Assembly: GCF_963921235.1 (NCBI RefSeq)
Contig: NC_086107.1
Coordinates: 114,268,001 to 114,332,000, forward strand
Source of the DNA: Mobula hypostoma
Taxonomy: Eukaryota
Direction: 5' to 3'
DNA: 64,000 nucleotides
The notes beneath the pieces are model-generated. The model had not been told where the DNA came from, ran no database searches, and worked only from the letters and a program-made list of their open reading frames with translations. Shown here in pieces: positions 49,315 through 62,600 of the stretch (its first letter is position 1; every line of letters begins with the position of its first letter). The translations under genes and the position numbers were made by a program.

Positions 49315-50055
49315 GAATCTCAGACGGTGACGAGCCATACAGGAGTGAACTAGATCAACTGGTTGAGTGGTGTCAGAAAAAAAATTCTTGCACTGACTAT
49401 CAGTGATACCAAGGTACTTCAGGAAGAGGAAGTCAAAAGAGAATAGACCGGTCCTCACTGAGGGGTCAGCGGTGGAAGAGGAAGTCAGGAGACACGGAAC
49501 AATCCTTACTGAGGGGTCAGCGGTGGACAGGGTCAGCCATTTCAAGTTCCTGGAAATCAGTATCTCAGAGGGTCTATCCTGCCCTTACATACTGATGCAA
49601 TCATGAAGACGGCATGTGGCTTTGCTTCATTAATGGTTTGAGGAGATGTGGTATGTCACCAAAGACTCTCGTAAATTTCTGTAGAGCATTCTGACTGGTT
49701 GCATCACTGTCTGGGATGGTGGTTCCAATGCACGGGATGGCAAGAGGTGGCAGAGGGTTGTAGACACAGCCGGCTCCGTCACAGGCACAACCCTCCCCAC
49801 CACCGAGGACATCTTCAAAAGGTGGTGTGTCAAGAAAGCTGCATCCATCATTAAAGACCCCATCTTCCGGGACATCCCCTCTTCTCATTACTACCGTCAG
49901 GGAGAAGGGACAGGAACCTGAAGACTCACATTCAACATTTTAAGAATAGTTTCTTCCCACCACCATCATCAGATTTATGAACAGTCCATGAACCTACGAT
50001 CACTATTTCACTGTTTTGCTCTTTTTTTGGCACTATTTATTTATTTATTTATTAG
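49315..50055 (+). mobile_element. Rex1/Babar 3' portion
   Basis: GRISDGDE..LVEWC..FKFLEI..ILTGCITVW..IIKDP motifs across frameshifts. Confidence 0.8.
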
Positions 50056-50504
50056 GGCAACTTCTCCTTCTTGGGCCCTATACAGCTTCACCAGAGCCAT
50101 ATGGGGCCCAGCTGGGTTCCACCTCTCATGACTGGGAAGTAGGGTTGAACTTTCAGAGGCTTTAATTGTAACTTATAATTTCTATGTATTGCACTGTACT
50201 GCTGCCGCAAAACAACAAATTTCATGACAGATGTCAGTAACAATAAAACCTGATTCCGACTCTTCCCTACTACCATCAGGTTTTTTAATGGACTTGAAAA
50301 ACCTTAACTCTACCTCTGACTGCTGTATATTTCCCTGAACTTGTTCTGATCTTGCTGTGTTATTTTTGTTTATATTTAAAGTCCAAGTCAAGTTTATTTT
50401 CAAACACACAAGTACATGTGTACACAGGTCACTGTTCCCTCTAAGCTGCGTGGACGTGTGGCTGCGCAATAACTGAAATGCTCCCGTGTACATAGCCTTT
50501 GTTG

Positions 50505-50722
50505 CCACGCAGCTGGTAGCTGTGTAACCACTGACACCAGGCAGACAATCTCTGAAGAGTATTGATAATGGGTTGGGGGTCACCTGTCTTGTAAAGGCAC
50601 TACCCAGAAGGAGGCAATGGCAAACCACTTCTGTAGAAAAATTTGCCAAGAGCAATCATGGTCAAAAGACCATGATCACCTATGTCATATGACACGGCGC
50701 GTAATGATGAAGAAGATGAATA
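50505..50722 (+). mobile_element. RTE-related SINE-like fragment
   Basis: AGGCAATGGCAAACCACTTCTG...GCCAAGAGCAATCATGGTC...(ATGA)n; related fragment at ~9170-9290. Confidence 0.5.
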
Positions 50723-51184
50723 TAATCCATATATTTCCAAAATAATAAACATACCACAACTTTTACTTTGAAACATTTTAGAGCTTCAACATATTTACAT
50801 TGTCAGTGTTTCAAGTTACAACAGTGTTACAAATTGTAACAATGAACACAGAATGGAAGTCGGTAGCTCACTGTTAATGAACTGACAACGCACTGAACTA
50901 TTACGAAAAAAACATTTAAAGTGCCACTCGGTTTGGATTGGCCGTGTATAAATTTCCTCCTTGGAGCAATGGTTGGTCCACACAGCTGTAAAAAGTATAT
51001 TAGAAGGAACGTTGACACAGGTGCAATGAAAACCTTACTTGCAGCAGCATCACAGGCATGGGTAAACAAAGTTCACAAGGAAATCATAGACATAAATTGT
51101 ACATAATGTTTACAGAAGAATACTGTACCCCACTTACAACAAAAAATAGTCATATTAGTGCAAAGTGATCATGGTGTTTCAGAT

Positions 51185-51693
51185 CAATGAGCAACATATA
51201 CAGATCAACCAAGTCCAGCGTCCACACAAGGTGACGCTATACCAGAGCTGTGTTCTGTCCACGTTCTTGAATGGGAAAAAGTGCTGGTGCATGACAAAAA
51301 ATAACCTTGCCAAGCTGTCGTCATTCCACACCACAAGCCTCCTGAAGATCCTCCGTATTTTCCGGCCAAGAAGGATCTCCAACAACACCCCACTCCTTCA
51401 GTGTCACCAAGAGGACATGACCACAATCATCATGAGGAAACGTTGGAGACGGATTGGGCACGCGATGAGAAGAGAGGCCGACTCCATCATCAAGACAGCA
51501 CTTCATTGGTCCCCTGAAGGACGGAGGAAACACAGGAGACCAAAGACAACTTGGGGCCGTAGCGTAGAGACAGAAATGAGGACCCTGAACCACACCTGGA
51601 GCACAATACAGGAGATGGCCAAGGACAGACAGAGATGGAGGACCTTCATTGCTGTCCCAAGCACCGGCGGTGTAACAGGCAGTAAGTAAGTAA
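51185..51693 (+). mobile_element. RTE LINE 3' fragment
   Basis: LYQSCVLSTFL.G...LKILRI...WRRIGH..R...W.PEGRRK..RPKTTW...AKDRQRWR; (AGTA)n tail. Confidence 0.88.
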
Positions 51694-52231
51694 TCACAAT
51701 GTTCACAGCATTGCTGAACCGTGGTGGTGATTAAAGTTGAGCCAGTTAGTTCAAGAACTGAACAGATGAAGAAAGTAGCAAATCCTGAACCTGTTGGTGC
51801 GGGACTTCAGACTTCTGTACCTCCTGCCTGACGGTAGCTGCAGGAAGGTGTGATAGCCTGGATGATGAGGATTTTTGTAGATGAATGTTGCCACCTTAAC
51901 GCAGCGCCTCCTATATATATATACAACCGATGGTGGAGAGGGATGTGTCCACGATGAGGGAGGGGGGTGTGGGAATCTAAGAGGCCGTCTCAGGGACGCA
52001 GGGAGTTTTTTGGGCATCCTGGATTGGCAGACACTGCACGAAGCAAAATGCTTCCCCCTCCCTTTCCGATCCATTGTCTGGAGCTTGGGAAAGGAATAAC
52101 CCCTTCCCTTGGCATCTGGCCCAGCCAGAGAGGATCCAGAGGATAACAGGTCAGAGTCAGGGAACTGACTGCTGCCCTCATGAAACAGAAACAGACAGAT
52201 TTAAGTTCCAGCACAGTCTGTGTGTGTGTGT

Positions 52232-52410
52232 GGTAAACACAAAATACTCTGCAGACGCTGGGGTCAAAGCAACACTCACAGCACGCTGGAAGAACTCAGC
52301 AGGTCAGGCAGCATCCGTGGAGACGATCAGTCAGGGTTCTGGCCTGAAACGTTAACTGATCGTCTCCACGGATGCTGCCCAACCTGCTGAGTTCCTCCAG
52401 CGTGTTGTGT
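52232..52410. mobile_element. Penelope-derived short palindromic terminus (similar copies at ~36375-36555, 27145-27240, 30365-30452, 60690-60810)
   Basis: AACTCAGCAGGTCAGGCAGCATCCGTGGAGACGATCAG and its reverse complement around a GAAACGTT remnant. Confidence 0.75.
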
Positions 52411-52996
52411 GTGTGTGTGGTGTGTGGGGGTATGTCTTAATTTGTTTGTGTATGTCTCAGTTTTTGCGGGTGTGGGTGTGTATATACATGAGATTTAGCT
52501 CCTGAATTTTCACACAGCCAACGCACCCAAACAATTGATGCCTCAAACTGAGTTTCTCTCTCCTTTCAACGCCCAAACTCTCCTTCTCTCTCTCTTTCAG
52601 CGAAGCAAACTTGATGGACTGAATGGCCTAATTCTGCTCCTATGTCTTTCTCTCCCTCTTTCTCTGCCGCTCTCCTCCATCCTCTCTCCCCTTTTCCTTC
52701 AGTCTTTTTTCCCTCTCCCTCTGTAACTTTCCACCTTTCACTTTCCTTCCCTGTCTCTCTCACTGTCTCCCTCTGTCTGGCCTCCTCTCTCTGACTCCCT
52801 CCACCCCTCTCTCTTCCTCTCTCAATCTCGTCCCATCCCTCTCTCTCCCCCTCCCGTCACCCACCGCCGTGCTCTCGCACTTCTCTCTCTGCCTGTCCAG
52901 TCGCAAGCTGTCGCTCCGCTCCCTCCCCCCGCCCCCCACACCACATTTCGGGTTTTCACCCTCCCTCCCTAAATTAACGCCCCCTTTCCTTTTCAG

Positions 52997-53152
52997 AGAA
53001 GTTGCAGGTGAAATTCATCCAGGGGAATATTGTTGATGCAGCAAGTGTACTGGAGGCAGCGAGGGGCGTGGACCTCATCATCCACACAGCAGGGCTTGTC
53101 GACGTGTGGATGAAACACCCTTCCAAAAGGATCTGGGCCGTGAACTACCAAG
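52997..53152 (+). CDS. hsd3b7: hsd3b7 coding exon 2
   Basis: Polypyrimidine tract and TTTCAG acceptor; (E)KLQVKFIQGNIVDAASVLEAARGVDLIIHTAGLVDVWMKHPSKRIWAVNYQ; donor G|GTAATG. 156 nt, phase-compatible with exon 1. Confidence 0.93.
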
Positions 53153-53367
53153 GTAATGAAACAGCAGGAATCGCTCGTGGGATACGCTCAGACCACAGTT
53201 TGTTGCCCGAATCTGGTTCTTATACTCGTCTTTTAGCCAATACCCTCTAGTCCAGGCGGCATCCTCTACTCTCTCTTATTGCACAGTCCCTGTGTCCATG
53301 ACCAGAACTGGACACAACACTCCAAGCGTGGTCCGACTGCTGCAACATAACTCCCTTACTCTTAGAA

Positions 53368-55140
53368 ACAGGAGAAAATCTGCAGATGCCGGAAATCCAG
53401 ATCAACAGACATAAAATGCTGGAGGAACTCAGCGGGACAGGCAGCATCTATGGAACAGAGTACAGTCAACGTTTCAGCCGAGACACTTCATTGGGATTGG
53501 GGGGAAAAAAAGTCAAAATTATAAGGTTGGGGGAGGGGAGGAAGAAACACAAGGCAACAGGTGAAACTGGGAGGGGGAGGGGGTAAAGTCAAGAGCTGGG
53601 AAGTTCATTGATGAATGAGATCCAGGGCTGGAGAAGGGGGAGACTGATAGAAGAGGACAGGAGGCCATGGAAGAAAGCAAAGGGGGAAGGACACCAGAGG
53701 CAGGTAAGGAGATCAGGAGAGAGAGGGAAAAGGTGAAAGGGGAGGCAGGGACATTAGCAGAAGTTCAAGAAATCGATGGTCATGCCATCAGATTGGAGGC
53801 CACCCAGACGGAATATAAGGTGTTGCTCCTCCAACCTGAGTGTGGCCTCATCGCAGCAGTAGAGGAGGCATGGATTGATATGTTTGTCAGAATGGGAATG
53901 GGAAGTGGAATTAAAATGGGTGGCCACTGGGAGACCCTACTTTTCCTGGCAGACGGAGCATAGATGCTCGGCGAGACGGTCTCCCAATCTATGTCGGGGC
54001 TCACCTGGAAGGACTGTTTGGACCCCTGAATGGTAGTGAGGGAGGAGGTGTAGGGGCAGATGTAGCACGTGCTCTGCTTGTAAGGGTAAGTGCCAGGAGG
54101 GAGATCAGTGGGGAGGGACGAATGGACAGGGGAGTTGCCTAGGGAGCAATCCCCGCAGAAAGCAGAAAGTGGGGAGAGAGAAAGATGTGCTTGGTGGTGG
54201 GATCCCAGTGGAGATGGTAAAAGTTACGGAGAATTACGTGCTGGATGTGGAGGCTGGTGGGATGGTAGGTGAGGGCAAGAAGAACCCTGTCCCTAGTGGG
54301 GTGGCAGGAGGATGGAGTGAGAGCTGACGAGCATGAAATAGAAGAGATGTGGTTGCAGGCAGTGTTGATGGTGGAGCAAGGAAGCCCCTTTCTTTGAAGA
54401 AGGAGGACATCTCCTTCATTCTGGAATGAAAAGCCTCATCCTGAGAGCAGATGCAGAGGAGGCAGATGAATTGAGAGAAGGGGATGGCAATTGTGCAAGT
54501 AACAGGGTGGGAGGAGGTATAGTCCAGGTAGCTGTGAGAGTCTGTGGGTTTGTAATATATATGTCAGTAGATAAGCTGTCTCCAGAGAGATCAAGAAAGG
54601 GGAGGGTGATGACGGAAATGGACCAGGTAAGTTTGAGGGCAAGGTGGAAGTTGGAGGCAAAGTTGATGAAGTCGACGATCTGGATCCACACGTGTGCAGG
54701 AAGCAGCGCCAATGCAGTCGATGTAGTGTAGTGATGGTGGAGGAGAAACTGGTTGGGTTTGGTCACCAGGAAGAAACAGAGAGCTTTGAGGCCTTCCTGG
54801 TGGGGATGGAGGTGTGTAAGGACTGGACACCCATGGCAAAAATAAAATGCTCGGGGCCAGGAAATCATCGAAAAGATCCACAGCATGTGAAGTGCCACGG
54901 ATGTAGGTAGGAAGGGACTGAACCGGGGGGATAAAACAGAGTCAAGGTATGCAGAGGTAAGTTCAATGGGGCAGGAACAAGCAGAAACAATGGGTCCTCC
55001 TGGTTTATGGATCTTGGGTAGGTGATAGAAATATGAGGTGTGGGGTGAGGGAACTAATGGTGGCAGTGGATGGGAGATCCCCAGAGTTAATAAGGTCGGT
55101 GACAGTGTGTGGGAGACAATGGCCTGTTGCTCCTTAGTGG
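53368..55140 (-). mobile_element. Penelope-like retroelement, decayed
   Basis: FYHLPKIHKPGGPIVSACSCP RT motif, FINFASNFH..LK.TWSIS..LPFLD, GIY-YIG C-terminal remnant and the same terminus as 20748. Confidence 0.88.
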
Positions 55141-55519
55141 AATCCTTACTCTTAAACTCTGCACCCCACCCAGTGAAAGCAAGCATGCTAAATGCCTTCT
55201 TTACCACCTATCAGTGTAGCCCCTTTCAATGAAGCATGGACTGCTCGAAAAAGCCAACCACCCCCATCCAAACTCACCACTCACCTATACACACTGCAGA
55301 AAATTCAAGATTCAAATTTATTTATTAGTGTATATTGAAACACACAGTAAAATGCGTTGTTTGCATTAACATACCCAAGGGAGCGCAGTGTGCCTGGTCA
55401 AGGCCAGTCGATCGTTGACGGCGCCCACTCCCTACAGGAGAAGAGTGCGTCGGAGCTGACGTGTGTCTGGCCAGCTGTACGCCATCTGTGATTAACCATT
55501 CCAGTTTCTTCTTTGGAAG

Positions 55520-56160
55520 AGGTTTGATGGGTCTAATTCTGCGTGAGCTGGAGGTCACCCTCACGGCTTACGTCAATGACGTGGCCCTAATGGTGACAGA
55601 ACCCGAAGACATTCGTAGGGTGTGTGAGTGTCCTCATCCAGGTAAAACTGCTCCGGACTCCTTGTGGGTCAGTGGCAGGTGGACTCCCCGTATGCATGGG
55701 ACACTGCGCGTCTCCTATACCTGAGAGTCTACCTGTGTCCCTCTCGGCAGACCTGGCTGGCAAACTGGTAGGACCTGGAGTTGAAAGTCGTGGTCCAGTA
55801 GGGGGCGCTGGTCAGGCCACCTCAGGCTGGTGGCCTCCATGTTCTGGTCCGGGATGGTCACCTTGACCACATCCACCTTGCTATAGGATGCAGAGGAAGT
55901 CAGTGCACACCATGAAACACTGGGCATCTGCAGTGGTTGCAAGTCTCCTGATTGGAGAGGGCGGACACGGCACATCCTCAGAGCCCTGTGGAGATTCCTG
56001 TATGCTGAGCACCCTCCGAGGAGGCACTTAATGCAGTACTTTCTCCAGAGAGGCCGCTGTCTTCGCGAAGAGACATTGTTTCCTCTGGCGGGCCTCAGGG
56101 GTGCTGCTCTGCAGAGGCTGCCCGGCTCCTGTCAGAAACTGCCAAGCACTGTGGTCACCT
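55520..56160 (+). mobile_element. Tx1/L1-like LINE RT fragment, very decayed
   Basis: VTLTAYVNDVALMVTEPED resembles the AYADDV motif of Tx1-type RTs. Confidence 0.4.
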
Positions 56161-56227
56161 CCGGCCATTTCATTCAACACTTAGTTGAGTTCTTAATTAA
56201 GCTTGGCCATTTAGTTGGCCGATGAGA

Positions 56228-56765
56228 CATTGGAGCAGAATTAGGCCATTCAGCCCCTCAAGTCTGCTCCACCATCAATCATTTTGATTGATTTTTCCCT
56301 CAGCCCCATTCTCTTGCCTTCTCACCTTTACTAATCAGGAATCCATCAACTTCCACTTTAAATATATCCAGGGACTCGGCCTCCACAGCCGTCTGCTGCA
56401 ATGAATTCCACAGATTCACTATCCTCTGGCCAAAGAAATTCCTCCTCATCTCTGTTCTAAAGGGACGTCCTTCTATTCTGAGGCTGTGCCCTCTGATCCT
56501 AGACTCACCCACTGTAAGAAACATCCTCTCCACATCCACTCTACTTAGGCCTTTCAATGTTCGATTGGTTTGAATTGGATTTCCCCGTCCCTCATTCTTC
56601 GAAACTCCAACGAGTACAGGTGCAGAGACACCAAACGCTCCTCATACGTTAACCATTTCATCCCCAGGATCACTCTTGTAAACCTCCTCTGGACCCTCTC
56701 CAGTGCATCCTTACTTAGATATAAGGCCCAAGATTGCTCGCAATACTCCAAATGTGGTCCAACCA
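56228..56765 (-). mobile_element. CR1 3' fragment (left arm of inverted pair)
   Basis: PHLEYCEQSW...LERVQRRFTR...GESRIRGHSLRIEGRPFRTEMRRNFF. Confidence 0.88.
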
Positions 56766-56857
56766 ACACCTTCCTGGTTGGCCGACTCGATGGAATGGGT
56801 GAGATAGAGAGAGAGAGGGAGATTGACAGAGATACAGCATATAAAGAGTTGGCCACA

Positions 56858-57478
56858 GGAAGGCAAATGCAGTTGTAGCGTTCGTTTCGAGAGGACTAGA
56901 ATACAAAAGCAAGGATGTCATGCTCAGACTCTGTAAGGCATTGGTCAGACCACACGGAGGACTGTGAGCAGTTTTAGGCTCTTTATCTAAGAAGAGATGT
57001 GCTGGCATTGGAGCGAGTGCAGAGGCGGTACAGAATGATGATCCCAGGAATGAAAGGGTTAACATATGAGGAGCGTTTGATGGCTCTGGGCCTGTACTTG
57101 CTGGAGCTTGGAAAAACTGGGGGGATCTCAGTGAAACCTATTGAATACAGAAAGGTCTGGACAGAGTGGATGTGGAGAGGATGTTTCCAAGAGTGGGTGA
57201 GTCTAGGACCAGAGAGCACACCCTCAGGATTGAGGGACGCCCATTTGGAACAGAGATGAGGAAATATTTCGTTAGCCAGAGGCTGGTGGACCTGTGGAAT
57301 TTTTTGCCACAGTCGCCTGTGGAAGCCACATTGTTGAGTACATTTAAGGTGGACGCAGACTGTCAAAGGTTACGACGAGAAGGCAGAGAAGTTAGATTGA
57401 GAGGGATAACAAATCAGCCATGATGGAATGGCAGAGCAGGCACAATGAGCCAAATGGCCTAATTCTGCTTCTAGGTCT
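56858..57478 (+). mobile_element. CR1 3' fragment (right arm of inverted pair)
   Basis: LALERVQRR...GESRTREHTLRIEGRPFGTEMRKYF and CR1 3' UTR. Confidence 0.88.
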
Positions 57479-57584
57479 TGGCTCTTGTAGAGAGTGGGAG
57501 AGACAGAACCTCCCTCTATCAAACTCTACCCTGTGCCCAGCCAGACCCCGGCCATCCTGACTAAAATGTTCTCTCCATCCACAG

Positions 57585-57693
57585 GGACACAGAATGTCCT
57601 CGCTGCCTGCAAGGAACTGGGCATCAGGTACCTACTGTACACCAGTAGTATGGAGGTGGTGGGACCAAACATGAAGGGGGACCATTTCATCAG
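57585..57693 (+). CDS. hsd3b7: hsd3b7 coding exon 3
   Basis: CACAG acceptor; [36 protein letters not shown](R), where [10 protein letters not shown] matches HSD3B7; donor AG|GTGAGC; 109 nt. Confidence 0.95.
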
Positions 57694-57824
57694 GTGAGCG
57701 TCAGCCACGAGGAAAGAGGGCAATGGTTGTCCCAGGACAGGAACTGGAATTCAGTGAGTCTGTCTCTGACCTCTCCACCTGGGACTGACCCACAATGGGA
57801 GCACCGTGAACACGTCTTATCTCA

Positions 57825-59260
57825 TCTTCCCCTGGGTCAGACCCACTCCAGGAGCACCATGCATGGTTCCTGTCTCCGTATCCCCTGGGTCAGACCCACA
57901 CCGAGAGCACCGTGCACAGTTCCTGTCCTGTATCCCCTGGGTCAGACCCACACCGAGAGCACCGTGCACAGTTCCTGTCTCATATCCCCTGGATCAGACC
58001 CACACCGAGAGCACCGTGCACAGTTCCCATCTCCATATCCCTGGATCAGACCCACACCGACAGAACCATGCACAGTTCCCATCTCTGTATCCCTGGGTCA
58101 GACCCACACTGACAGAACCATGCACAGTTCCTGTCTCCGTATCCCCTGGGTCAGACCCACACCGACAGAACCATGCACAGTTCCCATCTCTGTATCCCTG
58201 GGTCAGACCCACACTGACAGAACCATGCACAGTTCCTGTCTCCGTATCTCCTGGGTCAGACCCACACCGAGAGCACCGTGCACAGTTCCCATCTCTGTAT
58301 CCCTGGGTCCGACCCACACTGAACTATGCCCCATTCCCGTCTCTGTATCCCTGGATCAGACCCACACTGAACTATGCACAATTCCTGTCTCTGTATCCCT
58401 GGGTCAGACCCACACCGAGAGCACCGTGCACAGTTCCCATCTCTGTATCCCTGGGTCAGACCCACACTGACAGAACCATGCACAGTTCCTGTCTCCGTAT
58501 CCCCTGGGTCAGACCCACACCGAGAGCACCGTGCACAGTTCCTGTCTCCGTATCCCCTGGGTCAGACCCACACCGATAGCACCATGCACAGTTCCTGTCC
58601 CATATCCCCTGGGTCAGACCCACACTGACAGAATCGTGCACAGTTCCCGTCTCCGTATCCCTGGATCAGACCCACACCGATTGCACCGTGCACAGTTCCC
58701 ATCTCTGTATCCCTGGATCAGACCCACACCAACAGAACCGTGCACAGTTCCTGTCTCTGTATCCCTGGATCAGACTCACACTGACAGAACCGTGCACAGT
58801 TCCCGTCTCCGTATCCCCTGGGTCAGACCCACACCGATAGCACCATGCACAGTTCCCTTCTCTATGTCCCCTGGGTCAGACCCACACCCACAGAACCGTG
58901 CACAGTTCCCGTCTCTGTATCCCTGGGTCAGACCCACACCGACTGCACCGTGCACAGTTCCCGTCTCCGTATCCCTGGGTGAGACCCACACCGATAGCAC
59001 TGTGCACAGTTCCCGTCTCCGTATCCCCTGGGTCAGACCCACACCGAGAGCACCGTGCACAATTCCCATCTCTGTATCCCCTGGGTCAGACCCACACCGA
59101 GAGCACCGTGCACAGTTCCCGTCTCCGTATCCCCTGGATCAGACCCACACCGACAGAACCATGCACAGTTCCCGTCTCCGTATCCCCTGGATCAGACCCA
59201 CACCGACAGAACCGTGCACAGTTCCCATCTCTGTATCCCCTGGGTCAGATCCACACGGAG
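57825..59260. repeat. ~52-53-bp minisatellite filling most of intron 3 (about 27 copies)
   Basis: Unit CCCCTGGGTCAGACCCACACCGAGAGCACCGTGCACAGTTCCTGTCTCCGTAT with small indels. Confidence 0.96.
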
Positions 59261-59450
59261 AGCCCTGTGTGCATTTCTAGTCACTGAATATCATGTTGAG
59301 AGCTCTGTGCTCATTCCAGACCCTGATCCTGTGGACAGTCCATTCGTTTACAGGAAACAGACACGATTAGTCTGCAGCCTGTGAGCACTTAAAGGGATCG
59401 TTCACACCTTGCCCACTTCCTCACTGTCCCTCTACTCTCCACCTCGCCAG

Positions 59451-59550
59451 GGGAAACGAGGACACCAACTACAGAATCTACCACGAGGGTGCATACGCGC
59501 AGAGCAAGGCGGCAGCAGAGAAGCTGGCTCTCAGTGCCAACGGGATGAGG
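59451..59550 (+). CDS. hsd3b7: hsd3b7 coding exon 4 (catalytic YxxxK)
   Basis: GCCAG acceptor; GNEDTNYRIYHEGAYAQSKAAAEKLALSANGMR with YAQSK; donor AGG|GTGAGG; 100 nt. This frame is absent from the ORF track and was read by hand. Confidence 0.93.
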
Positions 59551-60079
59551 GTGAGGAGCGTCTGTGTATTCTCAAGGCAGACCACAAGGAGATCTGTCCT
59601 GGGACAGTGACTGTGGATCAGTTCGGTGAGCTGGGGTCAACGCTATAGGATCCCAGCACAGATGCTTCCTCAGCACTGCCCTTCTCTGTCTCTGTAACCT
59701 CCACTTCTGGCCCCTACACCCTACCATCTCTTTAGCCCAACTCTCTCCTACATCCCCCACTTCCCTATAACACCCTCCCTCCTCTATAACTCTGTATCAC
59801 CTTCCTTTCCTACACCCCTCCTGTCTCTATAACCTCCTCCCTCTCCTACGCCCAGACTTTATAACCCTCTCCTCTCCTATACCTCACACCGTCCCTATGA
59901 CCCCTTCCTTCCCCTACACTCTGTCCTGTCTCTGTGGCTTCCTCCCCATGTCTGTGAGCCCCTCCGACCCCGACTCCCCTCCCTAACCACGATACAGGAA
60001 AGATATCAGAATGCTTTGATTTTGAGACTGACCCAGGTATTTTGGGACCTTCCCAAATGTTAGATGAGATCTTGTCCCC

Positions 60080-60353
60080 GTAGTGGTTAGCACAACGCTT
60101 TACAGTACCCCCAACCCAGGTTCAATTCCCACTGCTGCCTGTAAGGAGTTTCTACGTTCTCCCCGTGACTGCGTGGGTTTACTCCAGATGCTCTGGTTTC
60201 CTCCTACGGTCCAAAGACGTACTGGTTGGTAGGTTAATTGGTCATTGTAAATTGTCCCGTGACGAGGTTAGGATATAATCAGGGGTTGCTGGGCAGCATG
60301 GCTCGAAAGGCGGAAGGGCTTATTCCGCACTGTAGCTTGATAAATAAATAAAT
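60080..60353 (+). mobile_element. tRNA-derived SINE (V-SINE / HE1-like)
   Basis: A box TAGTGGTTAGC, B box GGTTCAATTCC, V-domain-like GTTCTCCCCGTGACTGCGTGGGTTT...GGTTTCCTCC...TCCAAAGACGT, (TAAA)n tail. Confidence 0.8.
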
Positions 60354-61919
60354 CGCACAGTACTTTGAGGTGGAACCAACAATGAAATGCACATTAAAGT
60401 GTAACAGCTACAGAGAAAGTGCAGTGCAGGCAAGCAATAAGATACGAGACCATAACGAGGTAGATTGTGAGATCGAGTCCATCCTAAAAGTCTTACAAAT
60501 GCGGGTAAAACCCCCTTTCTTTGGGCGTCCCTGGAAATCCGGCTGGTTAACCCCTCGCTGACAGCCACGGGATCCCGTGGCGATAAACCCACCTTTCTCT
60601 GGCTTCGTACGTCTAGGACATATACAACTGTGGTCCTGCCAGACCTATGAGGTTGGGATGTCTCACCCACCCAAACCCGGTTTGTGGGAATGTCTCAGCC
60701 CGAAACGTTGACTGTACCTCTTCCTAGAGATGCTGCCTGGCCTGCTGCGTTCACCAGCAACTTTGATGTGTGTTGCTTGAAATTCCAGCACCTGCAGATT
60801 TCCTCGTGTTTGTGTGAATGCTGTGTGATTTACTGGCCCCAGCAAGAAATAACAAATCGTACACTGCCTACTATTATAAAGAAGTGAAATCTCGAACAAA
60901 CAGTCTCCCACAGGAGTGTTGGTTCTTCCTCCTTGAAGACGTTCAGCTGCATGAAGCACCTTGTGCAACACGGAGGGCATCCTCTGCCATCTTTTTCCCC
61001 TGTCTTCCTCCAGGTCCTGCCGACAGATGCCTCTCCACCCGCATCCTCTAGAACCTCCCCCCCCAAGTCTACCATCCTGATTGGCTGACACCACAATCCT
61101 AAGTCGAATAACAAAGCTTTTTATCTCAGCTCAAACCCAAGCTAGCTGAGAGCAATATAGACTGCTCTTACAGGACTACCCAAATGAAATGCCTACAGCA
61201 TAGCAGAACAAATCTTAACCAGGGCCGTTACATGGGGTAAAAGCTGTCCGTGAGCCTGGTAGTACACAGTTATGCTTTCAGGGTTGTGCTGTTGCATGCA
61301 TGGTTGGGGGGGGAGTGAGGTCGATAATTCTGCTGCTGCTTGTGTGGTGGGTGGAGGGGGGACTTCAATGTTTCTGTCATCCATTCTTGTTTTTTTTCTG
61401 TTTTGTGGATGTCTGTGAAGAGTAAGAATTTCAGGTTGTAAACTGTATACATTCTCTGATATTAAATGAACCTTTGAATCTTTTGTATCTGCCGAATGAT
61501 GGAAAGTGGGGGAAGGAGGGGAAGTGGAGAAGAGAGAATGTCTGGGGTGGGAGGGGTCTTTGATGATGCTGGCTGCCTTACCGAGGCAGCAGGAAGTGTG
61601 GACAGAGTCCACGGAGGGGAGGCCAGTTTCCGTATGTCCAAAACTCTCTGCTGTGTCTAGCAGTCACGAGCAGAGCAGATGCTGCACCGAGCGGCGATGC
61701 GTTCAGACAGGATGCTACCGAGGGTGCATTGGCGAGGGTCAACAGGAGCACTCCCAATTTCCTTAGGCTCCTGAGGAAGTAGAGGCGTCGGTGGGCTATC
61801 TTGGATCAATATGTTTGAAAAAGCACAAATTGTTGGTGTTGCTCACCCCGAGGAGTATATTGTAATATCGTATGTATACACAGATGGATGCTCCATCACC
61901 TCCTCTGGCAGTATTGAAG

Positions 61920-62600
61920 TTGAAATTGAAATATCTTTATTGTTATTGCATAGTACAGTTGTCATGCACCAATACAGCGAAAATGAGTTTGCATCTCTCG
62001 TACTCAATGCTATAAAACAACAAATAAAATAAATAAACAATAAATAAAATCAAGTAACCAGCCAGTACAAGCAACGTCCAGCAGTACAAAAGCACAACTC
62101 AGATACATGACAGCCATAAAACCATATTAAAGTGGCAATATAACAAATTTATGGATGATGCTTGATCGATTGGTTCAGAGCAATTATAGCTCTGGGGAAA
62201 AAGCTATTTTTCAGTCTGGAAGTGCGGGCATAGAAAATCTTATCAAGTCTGCCAGACGTAAGAAGCTCAAACAGATGATTGCATGGGTGTGTATTGTCCT
62301 TACAGATGCTTGTAGCTTTCCTTAGGCAGCGAGAGCTGTAGGTGTCCTCCAGGGCTGGGAGCTGTGTCCCAAAAATCTTCTGTACGCTAGAGACAACCCG
62401 CTGAAGTGCTTTCCTATCAGCTGCTGTACAACCGAGATACCACACAGAGATGCAGTATGTTAAGATGCTCTCTATGGTGCAGTGGTAAAAGGTCACCAGC
62501 ATCTGTTCAGGTAGACCAGCTTTCTTCAGCGTCCTGAGGAAAAACAAGCATTGCTGTGATTTCTTAACTACTGTTGTGGTGTTAGTGGACCATGGATAGA
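61920..62600 (-). mobile_element. Rex1/Babar 3' portion (another decayed piece at ~61460-61800)
   Basis: FLRTLKKAGL...FYHCTIESILTYCISVWY...RLKNSFFPRAIIALN. Confidence 0.88.

Noticed and set aside
57694..59384. Many overlapping Pro/Cys/His-rich ORFs
   Set aside because: Translations of the ~53-bp minisatellite with constant frameshifts.
60080..60135. tRNA gene
   Set aside because: A and B boxes run into a SINE body and tail; no cloverleaf or terminator.
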